From contig OZ024743.1 of NCBI GenBank assembly GCA_964016885.1, positions 93,372,001-93,436,000 of the forward strand: a stretch of DNA of 64,000 nt, written 5' to 3'. This document shows positions 42,090 to 55,267 of this stretch, piece after piece. The translations under genes were made by a program, and so were the position numbers. Below the pieces are notes generated by a model. The model had not been told where the DNA came from. It made no database searches and saw only the letters and a list, made by a program, of their open reading frames with translations. Within the stretch, counting starts at the first letter, position 1, and every line of letters begins with the position of its first letter. This stretch comes from Eledone cirrhosa. Its lineage: Eukaryota.

Positions 42090-42178
<89 letters not shown>

Positions 42179-42181
<3 letters not shown>

Positions 42182-45100
42182 AAATAATGAGATCGTAAAT
42201 GATAAAGAAATGAATGAGAATGAACTTGCCAACTTGAAGGATGAAATTATGATCGAATGGATGAAAATGAAAGAATCTGACATGGGGCAACGAGACACCC
42301 TCCCTAAGATCCAGAACTCCAAACAGAACCAAAAGATAATACACAAGACTAACATAATTCTCAAAAACATTATCATCACAAACAAACTAAACATGACTGA
42401 TTTAAATCATCTCTATTATGCATCGGCTAAAGTCACCACTCACTTATGTGGAGTGAAGATGAAAAAACAAAGGAATTCCCACAAGAAATCTACTTGGCAA
42501 GAGAACATCAATCGCCAAATAAACCTTCTCCGATCTGACATAGAAATTTTAACAAACTATAAAGTAGGTGAACATGTTAAACAAACTAAACTTAGAAAAT
42601 TGAAAAGAAAGTACAGTATAAAATCAACAAGTGACATAGACATTCTGATAGAAATAATCAAGCAAAAAGTGTCGGCCAAAGCTGCTCGTATAAGGCGCTT
42701 TGAAAAACGATCTAGATTCTATAAGGACAATAATATGTTCAAAAACAACCAAAGAAACTTCTACAGAAAAATTGGTAAGTCAACAATAACTGCTAAATCA
42801 ATACCACCCAAGGAGGAAGTGCAAGAATTCTGGGAAAAGATCTGGGCCGAAGAAAAAGTTCATAACATACATGCCCCATGGATAGACAGACAAATGAAAG
42901 ATACAGCTCACCTTGAAGAACAAATATGGGAAAATATAACAGTTGAACAGTTGCGCTTGGCTCTAAGAAAAACCAGCAAATGGAAATCCCCAGGAAAAGA
43001 CAAAATACAAAATTTTGGGATAAATGCCTTCACAGAGTCTCATGAGCTGTTAGCCCAACTTTACAATGAAAAAGTTAAGGAGCCAGAAAAGATACCATCA
43101 TGGCTAGTTAACGGCATTACATTCCTGCTTCCGAAGAATGATGAGACAAACAATCCCAAAAATTACAGACCGATAACTTGCTTGACCACAATGTATAAAA
43201 TTTTAACATCAGTCCTAACTGAATACACATATGACCACTTGATAACAAATGACCTATTTCCCATTGAGCAGAAAAGGTGTAAACGAGGCTCATATGGCTG
43301 TAAGGATCAGCTTTTGGTTAACAAAATGATACTGGAAGATTGTCATAATAGACACAAAAATCTATCAATTGCTTGGATAGATTATAAAAAAGCATTCGAT
43401 AGTTTGCCACACAGTTGGATTGAAAAATGTTTAGAGATTTTCAAAATATCCCCCGTTGTCAGGAGGTTTTTGTCATTCAGTATGAAGACATGGAAAACGA
43501 CACTCCTTTTGAATAGTGAAACAAAATCACTGGAAGCTGGAGAAGTTAATATTAATTGTGGAATTTTTCAGGGTGACTCTTTATCACCGCTTTTATTCTG
43601 CATCGCACTTATACCATTAAGTAAAATGCTCAATGAAACAAAACATGGATATAAAGTCTATGACAAAACCATTAATCACTTGTTCTACATGGATGACCTG
43701 AAACTATTTGCAAAAAATGATGAACAAGGGCTATTATCCACTGTGGAGCAGTTCAGTGATGACATTAAAATGGAGTTGGGACTAGATAAATGTGCCAAAG
43801 CAACGTTCACCAGAGTAAAGCTGCTGAAGAGTTCAGACATTAATCTTGATCGGGGGAACGTGATAAGAGAACTTGATCAAGAAAAAACTTACAAATATCT
43901 AGGTGTTTGTGAAGGAGACGGAATCAAGCACTCGACAATGAGGGAAAGGATAAGGAAGGAATGTTACCGCAGAGTAAGAGCAATCTTAAGAACGGAATTG
44001 AATGCAAGGAATAGGATCGATGCCATAAACACGCTTGCCATACCAGTAGTAACCTACAGTTACAATGTCATCAACTGGTCAAGCACAGAGATCCGTAGGC
44101 TCGATACAAAAATTCGAAAATTCTTAACCATGCACAGATATAGATAGAATATATCTCCCTAGGAAAGAAGGAGGACGTGGGTTAATCCAGTTAGACATTG
44201 CGTTGAAAACTGCAACAATTGGATTATCTACATATCTAAGGGAATCACATGATTGGATGATCAAACTCGTTTTGAAACACGAAAGCATCAAAAGATCATA
44301 TTCCATTACAAAAAATGCACAAAGATACAGTAATGGACTACAAATTTCAGAAGTCCCATTTACTGCTGAAATGGAAAACACAGAAAAAGCAAAGCAGGTA
44401 AAAGTAACTGCAAAGAAAGAACTGCTACAGAAACTGGCTAAGAAATGGCAAGAAAAGCCTCTATATGGAAAATACCCAGAGCGAGCTAACAATCCTGATG
44501 TTGACAAAACTTTAACCCATCAGTGGTTGGCATCCTCTGGACTGAAATCGGAGACTGAAGCACTGATTATATCAGCACAAGATCAGTGTCTGCCAACAAA
44601 AAATTACCAAGCCAACATAATAAAAAATGGATGCAGCCCATTATGCCGTGTATGCAAAAAACAACCAGAGACCATTGACCATATAATTTCAATGTGCAGT
44701 CCTATAGCTCCAACCAAATACCTAAACAGGCATGACAGAGCTGCACAATACATACATTGGATAATGTGTAAGCATTTTGACCTGCCCCATCAAAAGAATT
44801 GGTGGGAGCATCAACCACCTCCCATACTTGAAAAAGATCACATCTCAATCTTGTGGAACTTTAGCATCCAAACAGACCGAAAAATAGATGCAAATAGACC
44901 TGATATAATATTGAAGGACTTTAAAAAGCGGGTATGCCTGCTAATTGATATGTCCGTTCCGATAGACAAGAATGTATCTATAAAAACATTTGAAAAATTG
45001 AGCAAGTATAAGGACCTGGAGATAGAAATTGGAAAACTGTGGAAATTGAGAACTAAAACAATACCAGTGGTTGTAGGCGCTCTGGGAATGATACCTAAGG

Positions 45101-45353
45101 GGTCTAATGATTACTTATCGCAAATCCCAGGAAACCCGCGTATAGGAGAAATACAAAAGATAGTACTAATGGGAACTGCCCATATACTAAGGAAGATTCT
45201 GTCAATATAAGTACATCACAAGTCTAAACACTAAAGATGCATGTGTGAGTATGTATGTTCTTTCTTGAACATGGCGGACCTTGTTGTCTCTTGAGGTCAC
45301 TGGTTGTGACTTGGTGATAACTCGTATGAACATAAAGCAAGATAAATGCATCT

Positions 45354-45355
<2 letters not shown>
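42179..45355 (+). mobile_element. R4/Dong-type LINE (RT + CCHC + RLE) embedded in (TAA)n; small deletion/frameshift near 44140
   Basis: WKSPGKD, NYRPITCL, WIDYKKAFDS, GIFQGDSLSP, FYMDD; CRVC..ETIDHIISMC, RHD, NRPDII..LIDMSVP, EKLSKYKDL. Confidence 0.94.
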
Positions 45356-45408
<53 letters not shown>

Positions 45409-45544
45409 ACTATTAATAATTATTAATGCACTTGTGCAATGCCTGTGCGTGATGAATATTTTTAAAGTGAGGAAAGACTGTGCACTGAGCCAATCCCACT
45501 CTCTGAGCGACAGTAGCTATAATCCGAAAAGAAGAAAAGAAATA

Positions 45545-46020
45545 TATATATTCATTCAGTGTGAACAACTTTTAGAAATCACATTCACTTAAAAATATTT
45601 CTAAATAATTAAAATATTTTGTTTAACAAAAGCAAAAATATTTACTGTAAAAGCAACTCGTATTTTTCAGTCATATTCAGTGAACAGTTTTAATTTTAAT
45701 AATTACAATATCGTCTGTTTAGTGAAAGCTGAAATATAGATACTTAAAAGTACAAAGAACTTGTAATTTTGAAATCATATTCACTGAGAAATCACTGAAA
45801 TTGGTTTATGTAATGATTATAAAAAATATTTTTTGCATAATGAAAATATTTATTTAAGATTTACGCCAAAATTGTTTTATCCCCTTTGTATTCCAATTAC
45901 GGAATATTTTCCCATTATGCACCGTTTTGGCTATTTACGAAGGTAGAGAAAGTGTGTGCAAGCAAACAAACAAACAATCAAAATTAGAGTTGGGTCACCG
46001 ATATTTCAAAGTACCCGAAA
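45545..46020 (-). repeat. Inverted homologue of ~4071-4530 (Helitron-associated AT-rich segment)
   Basis: gtgtgaacaacttttagaaatcacattcac...gggtcaccgatatttcaaagtacccg is the reverse complement of the 4071-4530 region. Confidence 0.9.
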
Positions 46021-46384
46021 AATATATATATTGCCTGTACAGATAATCAAAGTGTGTATACATTTTTCGGGGACAACATATATATATACCGGGGTCCCTA
46101 AAATTGTATACACCATTCTAATATATATATTGCCTGTACAGGTAATCAAAGTGTGTATACATTTTTCGGGGACATCATATATGTATATATATACCGTGGT
46201 CCCTAAAAATGTATACAACATTCTAATATATATATTGTCTGTACAGGTAATCAAAGGGTGTGTACATTTTTCGGGGACAGCATATATGTATATATATACC
46301 GGGGTCCCTAAAAATGTATATACCATTCTAATATATATATTGCCTGTACAGGTAATCAAATTGTGTATACATTTTTCGGGGACA

Positions 46385-46433
<49 letters not shown>

Positions 46434-46517
46434 GGGGTCCCTAAAAATCTATACATCATTCTAATATATATATTGCCTGTACAGGTAATCAAAGTGTGTA
46501 TACATTTTAGGGGGACA

Positions 46518-46568
<51 letters not shown>

Positions 46569-46845
46569 GGGGTCCCTAAAAATGTATACACCATTCTAAT
46601 ATATATATTGCCTGTACAGGTAATCAAAGTGTGTATACATTTTTCGGGGACACCATATATATATATATATACCGGGGTCCCTAAAAATGTATACACCATC
46701 CTAACAAATAATGCATGTATAGGCAATCAAAGTGTGTATACATTTTGGGGGGTCAACCTGTATATACACAAATATGAACATATATATATAGAAAGTGTGT
46801 GCAAGCAAGCAAGCAAACAATCAAAATAAGAGTTTTAGTACTATA

Positions 46846-47134
46846 CTAGACCACCCGTGACCCGTTGGGTGATGTTCACTTTAAAATATTTTTTTTTAAA
46901 TCGTGTTTACTTAAAAATAATTTTTAAATAATAAAAATATACACAGACATGTATATAATGTGAAATGAAACTGGAAGGCCTATATATATACGTGAGTGTA
47001 TGTATATATATATATGTGTGTGTGTGTAAACATATACATATATATGTATGTGTGTGTATATATATATATATGTGGATGTCTGTGATCTACATGCACTGGT
47101 CATAAACACACACATATATATATATTCACACACA

Positions 47135-47182
<48 letters not shown>

Positions 47183-47501
47183 ACAGCACCACCAGCTCTC
47201 CTCCATTTTCATTTTCTGTCTCCTCTCCCTCTTTCTGTCTCTCTTTCAATCTACTCTCTCGCAACCACTATCTCTTTCTCTCTATCTTTTTCTCTCTTTG
47301 TTTACTTTGTTTATGAAGGCATCCAGGAAAAGCCCCATATGTCGGGAACCCGTGGTCCAATTTACGCGAAATTTGTTTTGTTCCATTTGTATTCCCCTTT
47401 CAGGATCAACTTCCTTTCAAAGTATTTTTCCATTATGCGCCCTTTTGGCTGTATTACATTACAGATAAGCAAGCAAGCAATCACAAACTTTTAGTATTAT
47501 A
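46846..47501 (-). mobile_element. Non-autonomous Helitron-like element, copy 1
   Basis: Minus strand ends acccaacgggtcacgggtggtCTAG|T (hairpin + CTAG); 5' end approximate. Confidence 0.7.
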
Positions 47502-49000
47502 AAAAATGTATACACCATTCTAATATATATATTGCCTGTACAGGTAATCAAAGTGTGTATACATTTTTCGGGGAGACCATATATATATACCGGAATCCCT
47601 AAAAATGTATACACCATTCTAATATATATATTGCCTGTACAGGTAATCAAAGTGTGTATACATTTTTCGGGGAGACCATATATATATACCGGAATCCCTA
47701 AAAATGTATACACCATTCTAATATATATATTGCCTGTACAGGTAATCAAAGTGTGTATACATTTTTCGGGGAGACCATATATATATACCGGAATCCCTAA
47801 AAATGTATACACCATTCTAATATATATATTGCCTGTACAGGTAATCAAAGTGTGTATACATTTTTCCGGGACAACATATATATATATATACCGGTGTCCT
47901 TAAAAATGTATACACCATTCTAATATATATATTGCCGGTACAGGTAATCAAAGTGTGTATACATTTTTCCGGAACACCATATATATATACCGGTGTCCCT
48001 AAAAATGTATACACCATTCTAATATATATATTGCCTGTACAGGTAATCAAAGTGCGTATACATTTTTCGGGGATACCATATATATATATATATACCGGAG
48101 TCCCTAAAAATGTATACACCATTCTAATATATATATTGCCTGTACAGGTAATCAAAGTGTGTATACATTTTTCGGGTACACCATATATATATATATATAT
48201 ATATATATACCGGGGTCCCTAAAAATGTACACTATTCTAATATATATATTGCCTGTACAGGTAATGAAAGTGTGTATACATTTTTCGGGGACAACATATA
48301 TATATACCGGGGTCCCTAAAAATGTATACACCATTCTAATATATATATTGGGTGTATAGGTAATCAAAATGTGTATACATTTTTCGAGGACATCATATAT
48401 ATATATATACCGGGGTCCCTAAAAATGTATACACCATTCTAATATATATATTGCCTGTACAGATAATCAAAGTGTGTATATATTTTTCAGGGACACTATA
48501 TATATGTATATACCGGGGACCCTAAAAATGTATACACCATTCTAATATATATATTGCCTGTACAGGTAATGAAAGTGTGTATACATTTTTCGGGGACACC
48601 ATATATATATATACCGGGGTCCCTAAAAATGTATACACCATTCTAATATAGATATTGGTTGTACAGGTAATCAAAGTGTGTATACATTTTTCGGGGACAC
48701 CATATAAATACCGGGGTCCCTAAAAATGTATACATCACTCTAATATATATATTGCCTGTACAGGTAATCAAAGTGTGTATACATTTTTCAGGGACACCAT
48801 ATATAGATATACCGGGGTCCCTAAAAATGTATACACCATTCTAATATATATATTGCTTGTACAGGTAATCAAAGTGTGTATACATTTTTCGGGGACACCA
48901 TATATATATATATACCGGAGTCCCTAAAAATGTATACACCATTCTAATATATATATTGCCTGTACAGGTAATCAAAGTGTGTATACATTTTTCGGGTACA

Positions 49001-49037
<37 letters not shown>

Positions 49038-50880
49038 TAGTGTACATTTTTAGGGACCCCGGTATATATATATATATACCGGGGTCCCTAAAAATGTACA
49101 CTATTCTAATATATATATTGCCTGTACAGGTAATGAAAGTGTGTATACATTTTTCGGGGACAACATATACATATACCGGGGTCCCTAAAAATGTATACAC
49201 CATTCTAATATATATATTGGGTGTATAGGTAATCAAAATGTGTATACATTTTTCGGGGACACCATATATATATATATATACCGGGGTCCCTAAAAATGTA
49301 TACACCATTCTAATATATATATATTGCCTGTACAGATAATCAAAGTGTGTATATATTTTTCAGGGACACTATATATATGTATATACCGGGGTCCCTAAAA
49401 ATGTATACACCATTCTAATATATATATTGCCTGTACAGGTAATGAAAGTGTGTATACATTTTTCGGGGACACCATATATATACCGGGGTCCCTAAAAATG
49501 TATACATCACTCTAATATATATATTGCCTGTACAGGTAATCAAAGTGTGTATACATTTTTCAGGGACACCATATATAGATATACCGGGGTCCCTAAAAAT
49601 GTATACACCATTCTAATATATATATTGCTTGTACAGGTAATCAAAGTGTGTATACATTTTTCGGGGACACCATATATATACCGGTGTCCCTAAAAATGTA
49701 TACACCATTCTAATATATATATTGCCTGTACAGGTAATCAAAGTGTGTTTACATTTTTCGGGGACACCATATATATATATATACCGGAGTCCCTAAAAAT
49801 GTACACCATTCTAATATATATATTGCCTGTACAGGTAATCAATGTGTGTATACATTTTTCGGGGACACCATATATATATATATACCGGGGTCCCTAAAAA
49901 TGTACACCATTCTAATATATATATTGCCTGTACAGGTAATGAAAGTGTGTATGCATTTTTCGGGGACACCATATATATATATACCGGGGTGCCTAAAAAT
50001 GTATACACCATTCTAATATATATATTGTTTGTATAGGTAATCAAAGTGTGTATACATTTTTCGGGGACACCATATATATATATATATATACCGGGGTCCC
50101 TAAAAATGTATACACCATTTTAATATATATATTGCCTGTACAGATAATCAAAGTGTGTATACATTTTTCGGGGACACCATATATATATATACCGGGGTGC
50201 CTAAAAATGTATACACCATTCTAATATATATATTGTTTGTATAGGTAATCAAAGTGTGTATACATTTTTCGGGGACACCATATATATATATATATATACC
50301 GGGGTCCCTAAAAATGTATACACCATTTTAATATATATATTGCCTGTACAGATAATCAAAGTGTGTATACATTTTTCGGGGACACCATATATATATACCG
50401 GGGTCCCTAAAAATGTATACACCATTCTAATATATATATTGCCTGTACAGATAATCAAAGTGTGTATACATTTTTCGGGGACACTATATATATATATATA
50501 TACCGGAGTCCCTAAAAATGTATACACCATTCTAATATATATATTGCCTGTACAGGTAATCAAAGTGTGTATACATTTTTCAGGGACACCATTTATATAT
50601 ATACCGGGGTCCCTAAAAATGTAAACATCATTCTAATATATATATTGCCTGTACAGGTAATCAAAGTGTGTATACATTTTTCGGGGACACCATATATATA
50701 TATATACCGGGGTCCCTAAAAATGTATACACCATCCTAACAAATAATGCATGTATAGGCAATCAAAGTGTGTATACATTTTGGGGGGTCAACCTGTATAT
50801 ACACAAATCTGAACATATATATATAGAAAGTGTGTGCAAGCAAGCAAGCAAACAATCAAGATCAGAGTTTTAGTACTATA

Positions 50881-51169
50881 CTAGACCACCCGTGACCCGT
50901 TGGGTGATGTTCACTTTAAAATATTTTTTTTTAAATCGTGTTCACTTAAAAATAATTTTTAAATAATAAAAATATACACAGACATGTATATAATGTGAAA
51001 TGAAACTGGAAGGCCTATATATATACGTGAGTGTATGTATATATATATATGTGTGTGTGTGTAAACATATACATATATATGTATGTGTGTGTATATATAT
51101 ATATATGTGGATGTCTGTGATCTACATGCACTGGTCATAAACACACACATATATATATATTCACACACA

Positions 51170-51217
<48 letters not shown>

Positions 51218-51536
51218 ACAGCACCACCAGCTCTCCTCCATTTTCATTTTCTGTCTCCTCTCCCTCTTTCTGTCTCTCTTTCAATCTACTCTCTCGCAAC
51301 CACTATCTCTTTCTCTCTATCTTTTTCTCTCTTTGTTTACTTTGTTTATGAAGGCATCCAGGAAAAGCCCCATATGTCGGGAACCCGTGGTCCAATTTAC
51401 GCGAAATTTGTTTTGTTCCATTTGTATTCCCATTTCAGGATCAACTTCCTTTCAAAGTATTTTTCCATTATGCGCCCTTTTGGCTGTATTACATTACAGA
51501 TAAGCAAGCAAGCAATCACAAACTTTTAGTATTATA
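50881..51536 (-). mobile_element. Non-autonomous Helitron-like element, copy 2
   Basis: Near-identical to copy 1, offset 4035. Confidence 0.7.
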
Positions 51537-53039
51537 AAAAATGTATACACCATTCTAATATATATATTGCCTGTACAGGTAATCAAAGTGTGTATACATT
51601 TTTCGGGGAGACCATATATATATACCGGAATCCCTAAAAATGTATACACCATTCTAATATATATATTGCCTGTACAGGTAATCAAAGTGTGTATACATTT
51701 TTCGGGGAGACCATATATATATACCGGAATCCCTAAAAATGTATACACCATTCTAATATATATATTGCCTGTACAGGTAATCAAAGTGTGTATACATTTT
51801 TCGGGGAGACCATATATATATACCGGAATCCCTAAAAATGTATACACCATTCTAATATATATATTGCCTGTACAGGTAATCAAAGTGTGTATACATTTTT
51901 CCGGGACAACATATATATATATATACCGGTGTCCTTAAAAATGTATACACCATTCTAATATATATATTGCCGGTACAGGTAATCAAAGTGTGTATACATT
52001 TTTCCGGAACACCATATATATATACCGGTGTCCCTAAAAATGTATACACCATTCTAATATATATATTGCCTGTACAGGTAATCAAAGTGCGTATACATTT
52101 TTCGGGGATACCATATATATATATATATACCGGAGTCCCTAAAAATGTATACACCATTCTAATATATATATTGCCTGTACAGGTAATCAAAGTGTGTATA
52201 CATTTTTCGGGTACACCATATATATATATATATATATATATACCGGGGTCCCTAAAAATGTACACTATTCTAATATATATATTGCCTGTACAGGTAATGA
52301 AAGTGTGTATACATTTTTCGGGGACAACATATATATATACCGGGGTCCCTAAAAATGTATACACCATTCTAATATATATATTGGGTGTATAGGTAATCAA
52401 AATGTGTATACATTTTTCGAGGACATCATATATATATATATACCGGGGTCCCTAAAAATGTATACACCATTCTAATATATATATTGCCTGTACAGATAAT
52501 CAAAGTGTGTATATATTTTTCAGGGACACTATATATATGTATATACCGGGGACCCTAAAAATGTATACACCATTCTAATATATATATTGCCTGTACAGGT
52601 AATGAAAGTGTGTATACATTTTTCGGGGACACCATATATATATATACCGGGGTCCCTAAAAATGTATACACCATTCTAATATAGATATTGGTTGTACAGG
52701 TAATCAAAGTGTGTATACATTTTTCGGGGACACCATATAAATACCGGGGTCCCTAAAAATGTATACATCACTCTAATATATATATTGCCTGTACAGGTAA
52801 TCAAAGTGTGTATACATTTTTCAGGGACACCATATATAGATATACCGGGGTCCCTAAAAATGTATACACCATTCTAATATATATATTGCTTGTACAGGTA
52901 ATCAAAGTGTGTATACATTTTTCGGGGACACCATATATATATATATATATACCGGAGTCCCTAAAAATGTATACACCATTCTAATATATATATTGCCTGT
53001 ACAGGTAATCAAAGTGTGTATACATTTTTCGGGTACACC

Positions 53040-53072
<33 letters not shown>

Positions 53073-53393
53073 TAGTGTACATTTTTAGGGACCCCGGTAT
53101 ATATATATATATACCGGGGTCCCTAAAAATGTACACTATTCTAATATATATATTGCCTGTACAGGTAATGAAAGTGTGTATACATTTTTCGGGGACAACA
53201 TATATATATACCGGGGTCCCTAAAAATGTATACACCATTCTAATATATATATTGGGTGTATAGGTAATCAAAATGTGTATACATTTTTCGGGGACACCAT
53301 ATATATACCGGTGTCCCTAAAAATGTATACACCATTCTAATATATATATTGCCTGTACAGGTAATCAAAGTGTGTTTACATTTTTCGGGGACA

Positions 53394-53440
<47 letters not shown>

Positions 53441-54535
53441 GGAGTCCCTAAAAATGTACACCATTCTAATATATATATTGCCTGTACAGGTAATCAATGT
53501 GTGTATACATTTTTCGGGGACACCATATATATATATATACCGGGGTCCCTAAAAATGTACACCATTCTAATATATATATTGCCTGTACAGGTAATGAAAG
53601 TGTGTATGCATTTTTCGGGGACACCATATATATATATACCGGGGTGCCTAAAAATGTATACACCATTCTAATATATATATTGTTTGTATAGGTAATCAAA
53701 GTGTGTATACATTTTTCGGGGACACCATATATATATATATATATACCGGGGTCCCTAAAAATGTATACACCATTTTAATATATATATTGCCTGTACAGAT
53801 AATCAAAGTGTGTATACATTTTTCGGGGACACCATATATATATATACCGGGGTGCCTAAAAATGTATACACCATTCTAATATATATATTGTTTGTATAGG
53901 TAATCAAAGTGTGTATACATTTTTCGGGGACACCATATATATATATATATATACCGGGGTCCCTAAAAATGTATACACCATTTTAATATATATATTGCCT
54001 GTACAGATAATCAAAGTGTGTATACATTTTTCGGGGACACCATATATATATACCGGGGTCCCTAAAAATGTATACACCATTCTAATATATATATTGCCTG
54101 TACAGATAATCAAAGTGTGTATACATTTTTCGGGGACACTATATATATATATATATACCGGAGTCCCTAAAAATGTATACACCATTCTAATATATATATT
54201 GCCTGTACAGGTAATCAAAGTGTGTATACATTTTTCAGGGACACCATTTATATATATACCGGGGTCCCTAAAAATGTAAACATCATTCTAATATATATAT
54301 TGCCTGTACAGGTAATCAAAGTGTGTATACATTTTTCGGGGACACCATATATATATATATACCGGGGTCCCTAAAAATGTATACACCATCCTAACAAATA
54401 ATGCATGTATAGGCAATCAAAGTGTGTATACATTTTGGGGGGTCAACCTGTATATACACAAATCTGAACATATATATATAGAAAGTGTGTGCAAGCAAGC
54501 AAGCAAACAATCAAGATCAGAGTTTTAGTACTATA

Positions 54536-54824
54536 CTAGACCACCCGTGACCCGTTGGGTGATGTTCACTTTAAAATATTTTTTTTTAAATCGTGTTCAC
54601 TTAAAAATAATTTTTAAATAATAAAAATATACACAGACATGTATATAATGTGAAATGAAACTGGAAGGCCTATATATATACGTGAGTGTATGTATATATA
54701 TGTGTGTGTGTGTAAACATATACATATATATGTATGTGTGTGTTATATATATATATGTGGATGTCTGTGATCTACATGCACTGGTCAGAAACACACACAT
54801 ATATATATATTCACACACACTCAC

Positions 54825-54865
<41 letters not shown>

Positions 54866-55190
54866 TACACACACAACAGCACCACCAGCTCTCCTCCATT
54901 TTCATTTTCTGTCTCCTCTCCCTCTTTCTGTCTCTCTTTCAATCTACTCTCTCACAACCACTATCTCTTTCTCTCTATCTTTTTCTCTCTTTGTTTACTT
55001 TGTTTATGAAGGCACCCAGGAAAAACCCCATATGTCGGGAACCCGCGGTCCGATTTACGCGGAATTTGTTTTGTTCCATTTGTATTCCCATTTCAGGATC
55101 AACTTCCTTTCAAAGTATTTTCCCATTATGCGCCCTTTTGGCTGTATTACATTAAAGATAAGCAAGCAATCACAGACTTTTAGTATTATA
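54536..55190 (-). mobile_element. Non-autonomous Helitron-like element, copy 3 (more diverged)
   Basis: Offset 3655 from copy 2; several substitutions. Confidence 0.7.
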
Positions 55191-55267
55191 AAAAATGTAT
55201 ACACCATTTTAATATATATATTGCCTGTACAGGTAATCAAAGTGTGTATACATTATTCGGGGAAACC

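Larger units (their letters stand above)
46021..55267 (+). repeat. Satellite of tandem ~85 bp Tc1/mariner-like MITE units + (TA)n, with 4035/3655 bp higher-order repeat
   Basis: Unit (ta)ccggggtccctaaaaatgtatacac...gtgtatacatttttcggggacacca(ta); three ~800 bp spacers at ~46700, ~50735, ~54390. Confidence 0.95.

Noticed and set aside
46021-55267. CRISPR-like repeat/spacer appearance and repetitive ORFs
   Set aside because: The spacers are only variable (TA)n, there are no cas genes, and the context is eukaryotic; it is a satellite.
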